A stretch of DNA of 64,000 nt. It comes from the human T2T-CHM13v2.0 reference genome, Homo sapiens. Positions within the stretch are counted from its first letter, which is position 1. Every line of letters starts with the position of its first letter. A program made the translations under genes and the position numbers. Location: assembly GCF_009914755.1 (NCBI RefSeq), contig NC_060929.1, one strand, 5' to 3'. Below the pieces are notes generated by a model that ran no database searches, was not told where the DNA came from, and saw only the letters and a list, made by a program, of their open reading frames with translations. Positions 1-11,235 of the stretch are shown here, piece after piece.

Positions 1-1394
1 TAGCGATATAAATATCACCAGCAGTTTGAAGAGGAGACAGTTGCTAGGAGCAGTTCACTTAAGTCAAGCATTGATAGTACTCAGGCCTGAGTCACACTGA
101 TGCTCGGTGCAGAGACCCAGGTAGAATGTATGAGGACCATAAAGAAAGAGGCTCCACAGACAGTACTCACCACAAACATAAAGGAGCAGAACAAAATAAG
201 ATGGATAATGAGCTTTAACAAATGAAACTTTTGCTAAGGTAGATTTTACATAGAAATACAATAGTGTTATGTATCTGGACACATATAGAAACACAGGGGT
301 AGAGATCAACAGAGAAATCAGAGCCTAGAATATCTCTTAACACTTAAGGCTTGTTTTTACAATCTTGTAGGAGATTGAAACATTCTGGTTTCAGCCTGCC
401 ATAAAGTAAGTGCATGGAAGTCCAGACCTTATCAGTGCATTGTCATAGTGAAAGCCAGTCATCCAAGTATTTATGAAAACTAGAAGCAGAGGAACATTTG
501 ATGAAAGAGAAAAAAAAGAGGATGTTATAAGATTCATACGTAATGAAAGGATGAACTTGAGAGAGCAGAGTTTTTAAACTACTTTAGCTCTACCATTTCA
601 ATTTTATTAATAAAATAAATACTTAATCGTGTCTATGACTTACTAATTTGTTCATTCAGCTAGTTTTATTGAGCATCTTCCATACACCAAAACAGAGAAA
701 GAGCCTTGTAAGTAGCAATGCCCTTTGTCGAAGGCAGCTACCCTGAATCTGCATCTTTATTTTCCAAGGACATTTTTTTTCCCATAGCTGTTTTTGCTGC
801 CTGCACTTTCAAGTCTGTAACTATATTTACAGTTTTCTTTTTGCCTTTGACATTTGCACTTCTCAACTCAATGCTTCAGTAACTCTCCATGCCCTTTACA
901 TATCCTGCAGCTAATAACTATGCTGCTTACTTAAGAAGTTACAAGGAGCCTCAAGTTGGAATGCTTTGAGAAATATGAGCCAACAGCTCCTATTCCCTGA
1001 CTGCATTTTCTGAGCATGGTTTGCAAAGTAGAAGCTTTGGGGAATGCTTAGGTGTGGGAAGAAGGAAAAGGAGGCATCTGCCTAAAATTTGAAGTCCTTG
1101 TAATGAAGCCCCTGGACTTTTAAAGTCCCCTATAATAAGAGAGGAACAATTTCCTTCATTAATTAGTCGTAGATGGTTTGAGAAACTTTGCCTACTATGC
1201 AAATTGCACAGTGCTCAGGACAGGAAATTCAAGAAGAGATGTCATTCTGGAGCTCAGCTGGGTTCATTCTGGCTTGAGAAAGAAGGTTCTAGGAGGAGGA
1301 ATGGAGAAGACATAATGGACCAAGAGAATTGATCTTGAAAACAGACAGAAAGCATCAGACTGCAGTTGAAGTTACAATGTTACAACATGTGTCC

Positions 1395-1625
1395 CATTTG
1401 TTGAGCACTTACGTGTCAAACTCTGTGTCAGTCCAAGAGCATGTAGTATAAACTTCCCAACAACCCTATGGGGGCAGTTACCATTATTTTTGTCATATCA
1501 AAAATGAAGAGACTGAAGGTCAGATGTTTTCTGTAGATCACAGAACTGGTAAGTAGCAGAGCTGCAACTCAAACTCAGGCCCGAGCGACCCCAGAACCCA
1601 CGGTTTTAGCCATGTGCCATGTTAT
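1395..1625 (-). mobile_element. MIR SINE relic
   Basis: MIR core-like text: ttgagcacttac...caaccctatg...gaagagactgaag...cagaactggtaagtagcagagctg...actcaaactcagg. Ends approximate. Confidence 0.7.
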
Positions 1626-2869
1626 CTCCATATTATCTCTTTGTTGAGATAAGGGAAGATACACAGGACAGGGTGATTTTCACTGGAAAGTGAAGGTGGT
1701 CAGGGGCAGGGGTACCTGCATGTCTGGAGATGGAGAATGGAAGGATGAGTCTTTGGCTTTTATAAAAGCCAGTGTTCTCTGAAAACCTCATAATACCCAG
1801 TATGTCAGGCAGCTCTACTTGTGGATATCACTGCCAATCAAAACTTGGATATGTCCTTCTAAGGAACCCTGGTTTTCTCATCTCTGTTCCTCAACCACTC
1901 TGAAGCTAAGCAAGAACCTCTTTAACTGGAGCAGCTTGTTAACCTTCCAGAGAGCTCTCTTGCTTCTGACACCTTGACTGCCTCTCATCATGCTGCTGAT
2001 GTTATTATTCTCCTTTCACAGTGGAGACTGAGCCACAGGAGCCTACACAGAATCTGAACTAGATGGGTTCCTGCCCCTGTCTTCTTCCTCAGGCTGGCAC
2101 AGTTATTTGTGGTTCCATCTATGTAAGCATAGAACAAAGAACCAGTGTAAATTTTGGTCAGAATTTAAATTAGATTCCAGAAGGTTCACAAACTTGCCTT
2201 CCTCTTTCTCTTCCTCTCTTTCCCCTCCTTCTCCTCCTTCCTCTTTTTTATTGCTTTTATTTTTCCTTTTAAGAAAACTGATCTGAAAGATTCAATGCAC
2301 TTGGTCATTAGAGTCCTTCTAGAGCCAGATCCATGAACTGTTTCTGAGAGACGCAGAGAGCAGTGGCTCATCCAGCCAAGTTGAAGACCCTGGCATGGGC
2401 AGAGCAGCAAAGACCCCCAGAGTGTCTGGAATCACTAAGAATTGCTGCATGCCCACAGCTGGCTGTATCCACTAGAGTTGGGCTATGGTCTTATCCTAAA
2501 AGGCACTGACCCTTTACCATGTGCCAACTCTGCCAGGAGCTAGGCTGTGTGCTGGGGATTTGGAGTTAAATAAAACATAATTCAGGTGAAGTGTGTGGGG
2601 GGATAAGCATCGTAACAACGTGCCTTTGATGTGCTAAGATGAAGTGCAAAATCAACTGTGTCAATAATATACTACAGTACTGCTGAAGAAAAAAGAATCG
2701 ATCATGCATTGGGTAAGGAGAAGAATTGGAGGAAGCTGTGTTGGGCTTGGAGTGGTGTGAGTAGAATTCTACAGCAGGAGCATTATAGATAAAGGTGAGA
2801 AAACAGGAATGGTCTGAAAATAATAATATCAAAGACGGTTCTGTGATTTTAATACTTAAAGCATGATCC

Positions 2870-3220
2870 ATTTATTTCTTTATTCAGGAAATTATTTGCT
2901 GAATAACTTGTGCCAAGAGCTAGCTAGTTACTGAGTACACAGCACTGAGCAAGACTGGCCAGCTCCATGTCCATGGGGGGGGGGAAGTCTCATGGAGGGA
3001 GATAGAAGAGAATATGCCATTTACACAGTCATTTCTTTGTTAACGGTCATGATAAATAAAAGTGAAATGGTGCCACAAATGTGCCTAGAAAAGGGCCTGA
3101 TCTTGTCTTTGGAATATGGAAATGCAGTTAGGATGTGTTTCCTCAAGGAAGTGACACTTGTGTTGAGATCCAGAAGATGATTAGAAATTAGTTAAATGAA
3201 AGAAGCACATCCTGACACAG
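2870..3220 (-). mobile_element. L2 LINE 3' relic
   Basis: tttattcaggaaattatttgctgaataacttgtgccaag...ttcctcaaggaagtgacacttgtgttgagatccagaagatga resembles an antisense L2 3' end. Confidence 0.55.
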
Positions 3221-3225
3221 AGAGG

Positions 3226-3600
3226 TTTTATGCTCTGAATTTTGTCCCCCCAAAATTTATATGTTGAAGCCCTAAGCCTAGTACCTCAGAATGTAACTGC
3301 TTTTGGAGATAGGGTCTTAAATGTGGTGGTTGGGTTAAAATGAGGCCATTAGGGTGGGCCTAATCCCATCTAATTGGTGTCTCTACAAGAGGAAATGTGG
3401 ATGTACAAAGAGTGACCAGCGATGCAGGTGCACAGAGGAAAGTCCATGTGAAGAAACAGCAAGAAGAGAGCCATCTGCAAGCCAAGGAGACGGGCCCAAG
3501 AATAATGCAAATAATAATTGCCAGCCTCTAGAACTGTGAAAATTAAATTCCTTTTGCTTAAGCCACCCAGTTGAGGTATTTTATTCTGGCTGCCCTGTTT
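3226..3600 (+). mobile_element. MLT1 (MLT1B-like) MaLR solo LTR
   Basis: ctgaattttgtccccccaaaatttatatgttgaagccctaa...cagaatgtaactgcttttggagatagggtc...gccatctgcaagccaaggaga...cagcctctagaactgtga...taagccacccagt. Confidence 0.8.
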
Positions 3601-4046
3601 GTTATGGGTTCTGCTTGAAGATAGGGAAGATGGTAAGTGTGGCTTATGACATTCCTTCAGTCTGTGGCCTGGGTAAGTCTGTCTCCTATTCTTGGGACTG
3701 GGAGTTGCCTCCTGTAATACAAATGCCTTGGACTGATCATTCATCTCTGAGGTTCCTTCTGGGTTTTTGATGCTGTAAATTCAAAGACTTAAACCCTTAT
3801 AATTCCAGGACCCTAGGAAAGAAATTGGCAAGATGATTATTTGAGAATCCCTTAATAAAACTCAGAACACTGGAAAAATTCTTGATTCATCAAGTCTAAC
3901 AGTGGATGATCAATAAATGTTTGTTGAAAGAATGGACACTTGGATGAATAAACCAACATTTATCAATAGGTTGAAGGATAGCTAGCTAGGTAGAGAGAAT
4001 TCTGATGCTAATATGCAAAACAGTAAACTATTTTCTTTCAACTTCT

Positions 4047-4541
4047 TGAGGTATTGCTCCTCACAAGAGGGCATTAGCTGCGAGGGTCTGCCTGCAGACC
4101 CTGACCCAAACAACGGATGGATAAAACGTACACTGACACACAGATATTCTGTTTTGCCAGTCCTGCTGAATGTCTGACCACCTACACCAAGAGAGGTTTG
4201 TCACTGCGGCCAGCCCCGATCAGCTCAGGAGGCTTGCATTTATTCATTAAGATTAGCTAACAAAAGCTTGAGTTAACACCATTAGAGGTTAATTGACATT
4301 GAGGACTTCCTGAGTAAAAAGCATACATCAAAGGCTTAAGGCTTAAGACCACATGAGTAAACAAGCTAACTAGATAACTTCCCCACATCCTGTTGTTTAC
4401 TACTCTAATTTATGTAACTAAAGGTAATGTGACCAGGCTGCCTTCTGCCTGGTCTATTACCGAAGTCATATGAAAACCCCAAAAGGGTTTTGTGGCTATC
4501 ATAACGAATATTTTTCCCACCAGCCTGATCAAATCCCAACA
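4047..4541 (-). mobile_element. LTR22 (LTR22B-like) solo LTR of HERV-K(HML-5)
   Basis: Minus strand begins TGTTGGGATTTGATCAGGCTGGTGGGAAAAATATT and ends GAGGAGCAATACCTCA (TG...CA, 495 bp). Degenerate 6-bp flanks ACTTCT/AGTTTT interrupt the L1 3' terminus. Confidence 0.8.
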
Positions 4542-4965
4542 AGTTTTATTTTAGAATCATGGGGTGCATGGGCAGGTTTGTTACAAAGGTATATTGCATT
4601 ATGGTGAAGTTCGGGGTATGATTGAACCTGTCACTCAGGTAGTGGGAATAGAACACAATAAGTAGTTTTTCAGCCCTTGCCCTGTTCTCTGTCTCTCCCC
4701 TCTAGTAGACTGCAGTGTCTATTGTTCCTATCTTTATGTCCATGTGTATCCAATGTTCAGCTCCCACTTACAAATGATAATATCTGGTATTTTGTTTTCT
4801 GTTTCTGCATTGCATTAGTTTATTTAGAATAACGGCCTTCAACTGCATCCATGTTGCTGTAAATACATGGTTTCATTTTTTATGGCTGTATAGCATTTCA
4901 TGGTATATATCTATCACATTGTCTTTATCCAGTCCACCACTGATGGGCACCTGAGTTGATCCCAT

Positions 4966-5496
4966 TGAGAGGCAAAGCCAGCTGGACTTCCTGGATCCAC
5001 TGGGGACTTGGAGAACTTTTCTGTCTTACAAGGAGATTGTAAAATGCACCAATCAGTGCTCTGTAGCTAGTAAGAGGTTTGTAAAATGCACCAATCAGCA
5101 CTCTGTAAAAATACACCAATCAGTGCTCTGTAGCTGGCAAGAAGTTTGTAAAATGGACCAATCAGTGCTCTGTAAAATGGACCAATCAGCAGGAGTCTAA
5201 GAGTAGCCAATCGCACGGAGGATTGAAAAAAGGGCGTAGGACAGAAACAGGACATGAGAGGGGACAAATAAGGAAATAAAAGCAGGCCACCCCAGCCAGA
5301 AGCAGCAACCTGCTCAGGTCCCCTTCCATGCTGTGGAAGCTTTGTTCTTTCGCTCTTCACAATAAATCTTGCTGCTGCTCACTCTTTGGGTCCGTGCCAA
5401 CTTTAAGAGCTGTAACACTCACTGCAAAGGTCCACAGCTCCGTTCTTGAAGTCAGTGAGACCACGAACCCACCAGAAGGAACCAACTCTGGACACA
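4966..5496 (+). mobile_element. LTR12 (ERV9; short LTR12F-like) solo LTR
   Basis: Starts TGAGAGGCAAAGCCAGCTGGACTTCCTGG and ends GAAGGAACCAACTCTGGACACA. Carries tandem 'accaatcagtgctctgta' U3 repeats. Flanks CCAT/CCAA. Confidence 0.9.
5045..5215 (+). promoter_or_regulatory. Cluster of six CCAAT (NF-Y-type) boxes in the LTR12 U3
   Basis: CCAATC occurs six times (about 5049, 5091, 5116, 5158, 5182, 5207). NF-Y binding to ERV9 U3 repeats is established. Confidence 0.7.
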
Positions 5497-5921
5497 CCAA
5501 CTTTTTAGTATTGTGAATAGTGCTATAATTAACATATGGGTGTGTGTGCCCTTTTGGGTATATACCCATTAATAGGATTTTCCTTTGGGTATATGCCCTT
5601 TAATAGCATTGCTGGGTCAAATGGTAGTTCTGTCTTAAGTTCTTTGAGCAATCTCCAAACTGCTCTCCAGAGTGGCTGAGCTAATTTACATTCCCACCAT
5701 TGTCCCCTCTTCTCCACAGCCTCACTAACATCTATTATTTTTTGGACTTTTTTAGCAAAAGCCATTCTGACTGGTGTGAGATGGTATCTCATTGTGGTTT
5801 TGATTTGCATTTCTCTGATGAGTAGTGGTGATGAGCATTTTTTCATGTTTGTTGGCCACATGTATGTCTTCTTTTGAGAAGTGTCTTTTCATGCCCTTTG
5901 TCTACTTTTTAATGTGGTTAT

Positions 5922-6374
5922 TTTCATGCACATCTGTGTGGAGAGACCACCAAACAGGCTTTGTGTGAGCAACATGGCTGTTTATTTCACCTGGGTGCAG
6001 GCGGGCTGAGTCTGAAAAGAGAGCCAGTGAAGGGAGATAAGGGTGGGGCCGTTTTATAGGATTTGGGTAGGTAAAGGAAAATTACAGTCAAAGGGGGTTT
6101 GTTCTCTGGCGGGCAGGAGTGGGGGTCACAAGGTGCTCAGTGGGGGTGCTTTTTCAGCCAGGATGAGCCAGGAAAAGGACTTTCACAAGGTAATGTCATC
6201 ACTTAAGGCAAGGACCAGCCATTAACACTTCTTTTGTGGTGCAATGTCATCAGTTAAGGTAGGGCAGGACCTTTTCACTTCTTTTGTGATTCTTCAGTTA
6301 CTTCAGGCCATCTGGGTGTATACATGCAAGTCACAGGGGATGCGATGGCTTGGCTTGGGCTCAGAGGCTTGACA
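5922..6374 (-). repeat. HERV-H 3' LTR (LTR7)
   Basis: Minus strand TGTCAAGCCTCTGAGCCCAAGCC...CATGAAA. AATAAA at 5981-5986. Purine tract AAGGCAGGAA directly upstream (6375-6384). Confidence 0.96.
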
Positions 6375-7340
6375 TTCCTGCCTTATATTAATAAGAAAAA
6401 TAAAACAAAATAGTGTTGAGGCAGCAAAAATTTTTGGGGGGTGATATGGAGAGAGAATGGGCGATGTTTCTCAGGGCTGCTTCAAGCGGGATTAGGGGCA
6501 GCATGGGAACCTAGAGTGGGAGAGATTAAGCTGAAGGGAGGTCTTGTGGTAAGGGGTGATATTGTGGGGATGTTAGAAGAAACATTTGTCGTATAGAATG
6601 ATTGGTGATGGCCTGGATACGGTTTTGGATGAATTGAGAAACTAAATGGAATAACAGAAGGAGAAAAACAGGTATAAAAGGTCGAAGAATTGTGACGACT
6701 CAGGATATCTGATTAGAGAGTGCCTAAGGAGATTCAGCATAGTCCTGCCAGCAAAGATTATTTATTTACTTCAAGAGTTAAGAGTGGCAGTTTGGGGATA
6801 GCACCAGGAGATATCAGCTGTGATGGCTTGGAGAAACAGTGTAAACTGGCAGTGTAAAGAAGAGCAGGGCATGTATGAGTAGTTGAGAATGGTGAATAGG
6901 AGTATGACTAGACAGAAGATAGTAGGGATGACAAGTTTTTTGGGGGGCACAGTCTAAGTTGGTCTGGTGTCTGGAATGAGACTGGGGCCTAATAAAAAGA
7001 GCGCCTATACAGGAGCTTAAATGGGCTATATCCTGTAGCATTCCGAGGATGGGCCTGAATTCTGAGAAGGGATAGTGGTAAAAGTATTGTCCAGTCCTTT
7101 TTAAGTTGGTGGCTGAGCTTGGTGAGGTGTGTTTTTAAAAGACCTTTAGTCCATTCTACTTTCCTTGAAGACGGAGGACCGTAAGGGATATAAAGGTTTC
7201 ACTGAATACTAAGAGCCTGAAAAACTGCTTGGCTGATTTGACAAATAAAGGCTCATCTGTTATCAGACTGTATTGAGGTGGGAAGGCTAAACTGAGGAAT
7301 TATGTCTGACAGAAGGGAATAAATGACTGCCGTGGCCTTC

Positions 7341-8016
7341 TCAGACCCTGTAGGAAAGGCCTCTACCTATCCAGTGAAAGTATCTATCTAGACTAAGAGG
7401 TATTTTAGTTATCTGACTCAGGGCATGTTGAGTAAAGCTAATTTGCCAGTCCTGGGTGGGGGCAAATCCTCGAGCTTGATGTGTAGGGAAGGGAGGGGGC
7501 CTGAATAATCCCTGAGGAGTAGTAGAGTAGCAGATGGAACACTGAGAAGTTATTTCCTTGAGGATAGATTTCCACAATGGAAAGGAAATGAGAGGTTCTA
7601 AGAGGCGGGCTAGTGGCTTGTACTATAGCATAGCCTGCCTTTGCTGGTGTGTGGCGATTAGGCCTGGTGGAACTGCCATCAATAAATCAAGCATGATCAG
7701 GGTGAGGAAGAGGAAAGAAGGAAATTTGGGGAAATGGGGTGAATGTCAGGTGGATCAGAGAGATACAGTCATGGGGGTCCGGTGTGGTATCAGGAATAAT
7801 GTGGGAGGCCGGATTGAAGTCCGGGCCAGGAACAATGGTAATTGTGGGAGACTCAACAAAGAGTGAGTATAGCTGAAGGAGCCGGGAAACAGAAAGTATA
7901 TGCATCAGGTATGAGGAAGAAAATAGATTTTGGAAGTTATGAGAACTGTAGAGAGTGAGTTGAGCATAGTTTGTGATTTTGAGGTCCTCTAAAAGTATTA
8001 ATGCAGTGGCAGCCAC
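7341..8016 (-). pseudogene. HERV-H pol, tether/RNase H to integrase remnants
   Basis: Peptides AATALILLEDLKITNYAQLTLYSSHNFQNLF and KEITSQCSICYSTTPQGLFRPPPFPTHQARGFAPTQDWQI (integrase zinc-finger CxxC region), broken by stops, frameshifts and deletions. Confidence 0.85.
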
Positions 8017-8381
8017 TGCACGCAGACATGAGGGCTAGGCTAAAACAGTAAGGTCAAGTTGTTTGGACAGAAAGGCCACAGGGTGTGGTCCTGGCTCTTG
8101 TGTAAGAATTCTGACCACGCTAACCATGCCTAGGAAGGAAAGGAGTTGTTGTTTTGTAGAAGGTGCTGGGGTTTGAGAGATCAGTCAGACACAATTGGCA
8201 GGGAGAGCACGTGTGTTTTTATGATAATTATGCCGAGATAGGTAACAGATGAGGAATAAATTTGGGCTTGATTGAAGTAATGGGGGCTGTCTGTGAAGCT
8301 TTGCAGCAGTACAGCCTAGGTAATTTGCTGAGCTTGATGGGTGTCAGGGTCAGTCCAAGTAAAAGCGAAGAGATGCTGGGA

Positions 8382-8747
8382 TTAAGGGTGCAAACGAATA
8401 GTAAAGAAAGCATGTTTGAGATCCAGAACAGAATAATGGGTTATAGAGGCAGGTATTGAGGATAGGAGAGTATATGGGTTTGGCACCACGGAGTGGATAG
8501 GCAAAACAATTTGGTTGATAAGGCGCAGATCCTGAACTAACTTGTAAGGCTTGTCTGGTTTTAGGACACATAAAATGGGGGAATTGTAAGGAGAGTTTAT
8601 AGGGTTTAAAAGGCCATGCTGTAGCAGGCAAGTGATAACAGACTTTAATCTTTTTAAAGCGTGCTGCGGGATGGGATATTGGCATTGAGTGGGGTAAGGG
8701 TGATTAGGTTTTAATGAGATGGTAAGAGGTGCATGATCGGTCGCCAA
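8382..8747 (-). pseudogene. HERV-H pol, reverse transcriptase N-terminal remnant
   Basis: QYPIPQHAL...SPYNSPIL...YKLVQDLRLINQIVLPIHSVVPNPYTLLS...YSVLDLKHAFFTI is a gammaretroviral RT sequence. The frame ends in a stop. Confidence 0.92.
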
Positions 8748-9301
8748 GGAGGGAGTAGAGGTATCTTATACTTGTGGGTTAAGGTTGGGGGATACAAGAG
8801 GAGGACGCAAAGGAGGCTTTGGATTGGGAAGAAGGGCAGCAATGAGATACAGCTGTAGTCCAGGAATAGTCAGGGAAGCAGATAATTTAGTTAAAGTGTC
8901 TCAGCCTAATAAGGGAACTGGGCAGGTGGGGATAACTAAAAAGGAGTGCTTTAAAGAGTATTGTCTAAGTTGGCACCAGAGTTGGGGAGTTTTAAGAGGT
9001 TTAGAAGCCTGGCCATCAATACCCACAACAGTTATGGAGGCAAGGGAAACAGGCCCTTGAAAAGAATGTAGTGTGGACTGGGTAGCCTCCGTATTAAGAA
9101 GGGGACGGTCTTACCTTCCACTGTGAGAGTTACCTGAAGCTCAGTGTCCGTGATGGTCTAGGGGGCTTCCAAGGTGATCGGGCAGTGTCAGTCTTCAGCT
9201 GCTAAGCCGAGAAGATCTGGGAAGGAGTCAGTCAGAGAACCTTGGGCCAGAGTTCCAGGGGCTCTAGGAGTGGCTGCCAGGTGAGTTGAACAGTCCGATT
9301 T

Positions 9302-10330
9302 TCAGTGGGGTCCTACACAGATGGGACGTGGCTTAGGAGGAATCCCGGGCTGTGGGCATTCCTTGGCCCAGTGGCCAGATTTCTGGCACATGTAAAAAGC
9401 TCCTGGGGGAGGAGGTTCTGGAGGAATGCCTGGCTGCTGCGGTTCAGGAGTTTGGAAGTTCTTGTGTGCTGGAGATGTGGCTGGGGTTTGTCTCACAGTG
9501 GAGGCAAGGAATTGCAACTTTTTTCTGTTATTGTACACCTTGAAGGTGAGGTTAATTAAGTCCTGTTGTGGGGTTTTAGGGCCAGATTCCAATTTTTGGA
9601 GTTTTATTTAATGTCAGGAGCAGATTGGGTAATAAAATGTATATTGAGAATAAGACGGCCTTTTGACTTTTTAGGGTCTAGGGCTGTAAAGTGTCTTAGG
9701 GTTGCTGCCAAAAAAGTCAGGAACTGGGCTGGATTTTTATATTTGATGAAAAAGAGCCTAAACACTATCTGATTTGGGATAAAGAAAAAGGAGCATTAAC
9801 CTTGACTATGCCTTTTTAAGAGTAAATTGCTGGGCAGGTGGAGGAGGGCTAGTCATGGAATGAAACTGTGAGCCAGACCAGGTGTGAGGAGGGGAGAGGT
9901 GGTAAAAAGATTATAGGGTGGAGGAGCAGAGGCTGAGGAAGAATTGGGACCTAGCTCGGCCTGGTGAGGAGCAGCCTGGGGAAGAAGGGAGAGGTCAGAT
10001 GGGTCTGTAGAAAAGGAAGATTAGAAAGACTCAGCGACGCTTGGGGTTGGTACTGAGGGGACAGGTGGGAGGGAAAGAAGGAAGATTTGGGACGAGTTGC
10101 ACTGGGCACAGAGACTAGGAAGGGACTGATGTGTAAAAGAATGCCTGGACGTCAGGCACCTCAGACCATTTGCCTATTTTATGACAAGAATTATTTAGAT
10201 TTTGCAGGATGGAAAAATTCAAAGTGCCATTTTCTGGCTATTTGGAACTACTGTTGAGTTTGTATTGGGGTCAAGCAGCATTGCAGAAGAAAATAAGGCA
10301 TTTAGGTTTTAGGTCAGGTGTGAGTTGAAG
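9302..10330 (-). pseudogene. HERV-H gag remnant (CA/NC)
   Basis: SGPKTPQQDLINLTFKVYNNRKKLQFLAS...FYMCQKSGHWAKECPQPGIPPKP. The zinc knuckle has lost its first Cys. Upstream gag is fragmented and its start is approximate. Confidence 0.85.
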
Positions 10331-10485
10331 AGGTTTTAAGTTTTTGAGAACACAGGCCAAGGGAGTAGAAGGAGGAATGGAGGGTGGAAGGTTGCCCATA
10401 GTGAAGGAAGCAAACCTAGAGAAAAGAGAGAGTAGAGAAACGGAGGGAAGGGGTTCAGGGGTTCTCACCCTCCAGAAAAGGGGTT

Positions 10486-10778
10486 GGGGCACAGAGATAG
10501 ATCAGGGTGTGGAAATAAGGGATTGGGGTGCAGAGATATAAGAGGTTGGGGCGTGGAAATAAGGGATTGGGGCACAGAGATAAGAGGTTGGGGTGTGGAA
10601 ATATGGGATTGGGGTGCAGAGATAAGAGGTTGGGGTGTGGAAATAAGGGATTGGGGTGCAGAGATAAGAGATTTGGGTGTGGAAATAAGGGATTGGGGCA
10701 CAGAGATAAGAAGTTGGGGCATGGAAATAAGGGATTGGGGCACAGAGATAAGAGGTTGGGGTGTGGAAATAAGGGATT
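10486..10778. repeat. Tandem repeat, 7 x ~42 bp (two related 21-mers), in the HERV-H 5' leader
   Basis: Unit GGGG(CA/TG)CAGAGATAAGAGGTT-GGGGTGTGGAAATAAGGGATT starting at 10486, 10525, 10569, 10611, 10653, 10695 and 10737. Confidence 0.95.
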
Positions 10779-11226
10779 GGGGGTTCTTGCCCCATAGAAA
10801 AGTGGGACTTGCCACTAAGGGTGAAGGAGAAGGGGTTGAGGGGTACTTGCCCCTCTCCCAGAAAAGCAGAGAAGGGGCAGAGACAAGGAGAGAAGGGGTT
10901 GAGGTACTTGCCCCTTCCCCAGAAAAGCAGGACTTGCCACTAAGGGTGAAGGACCAAGGCAGGCATGTCTGCGTGGTCTGACACCCTTGAAACGTGGGTG
11001 TATAATCAGAGAGGCATCCCTGCAATGATTAAACACCAAGGGAAGGCCGCCTTCCCAGTTCGTGACCGGCACTGGAGTTTTGGGTCCATGGATAAAACGT
11101 GTCTCCTTTGTCTCTCCCAGAAAATGAAAGGAATTGAAATTAAGAGAAGGGAGAGATTGAAGAGTGGAAAGGAGAAAGTGGTTGAGGGACTGTGAGAGAG
11201 GTTGGAGAAGAGAGTAAAAAGAGGCC

Positions 11227-11235
11227 ACTTACCTG
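11227..11235 (-). promoter_or_regulatory. HERV-H major splice donor (CAG|GTAAGT)
   Basis: Minus strand reads AATTTTAAATCAG|GTAAGTGGCCTC about 145 nt downstream of the 5' LTR, the known HERV-H donor position. Confidence 0.8.

Noticed and set aside
6375-10330. Coding-competent HERV-H gag/pol/env
   Set aside because: Multiple stops, frameshifts and deletions; zinc-knuckle Cys lost; only a short env-region remnant.
10486-10778. Repeat array as a possible CRISPR
   Set aside because: No unique spacers and no cas genes; it is a pure tandem repeat inside a mammalian ERV.
10465-11025. Overlapping 89-186 aa ORFs with heptad repeats (LISTPQS, EIRDWG, PIPYFH)
   Set aside because: Artefact of the 21/42-bp repeat, whose period is divisible by 3 and lacks stops in several frames. 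The 186-aa frame starts at TTG.
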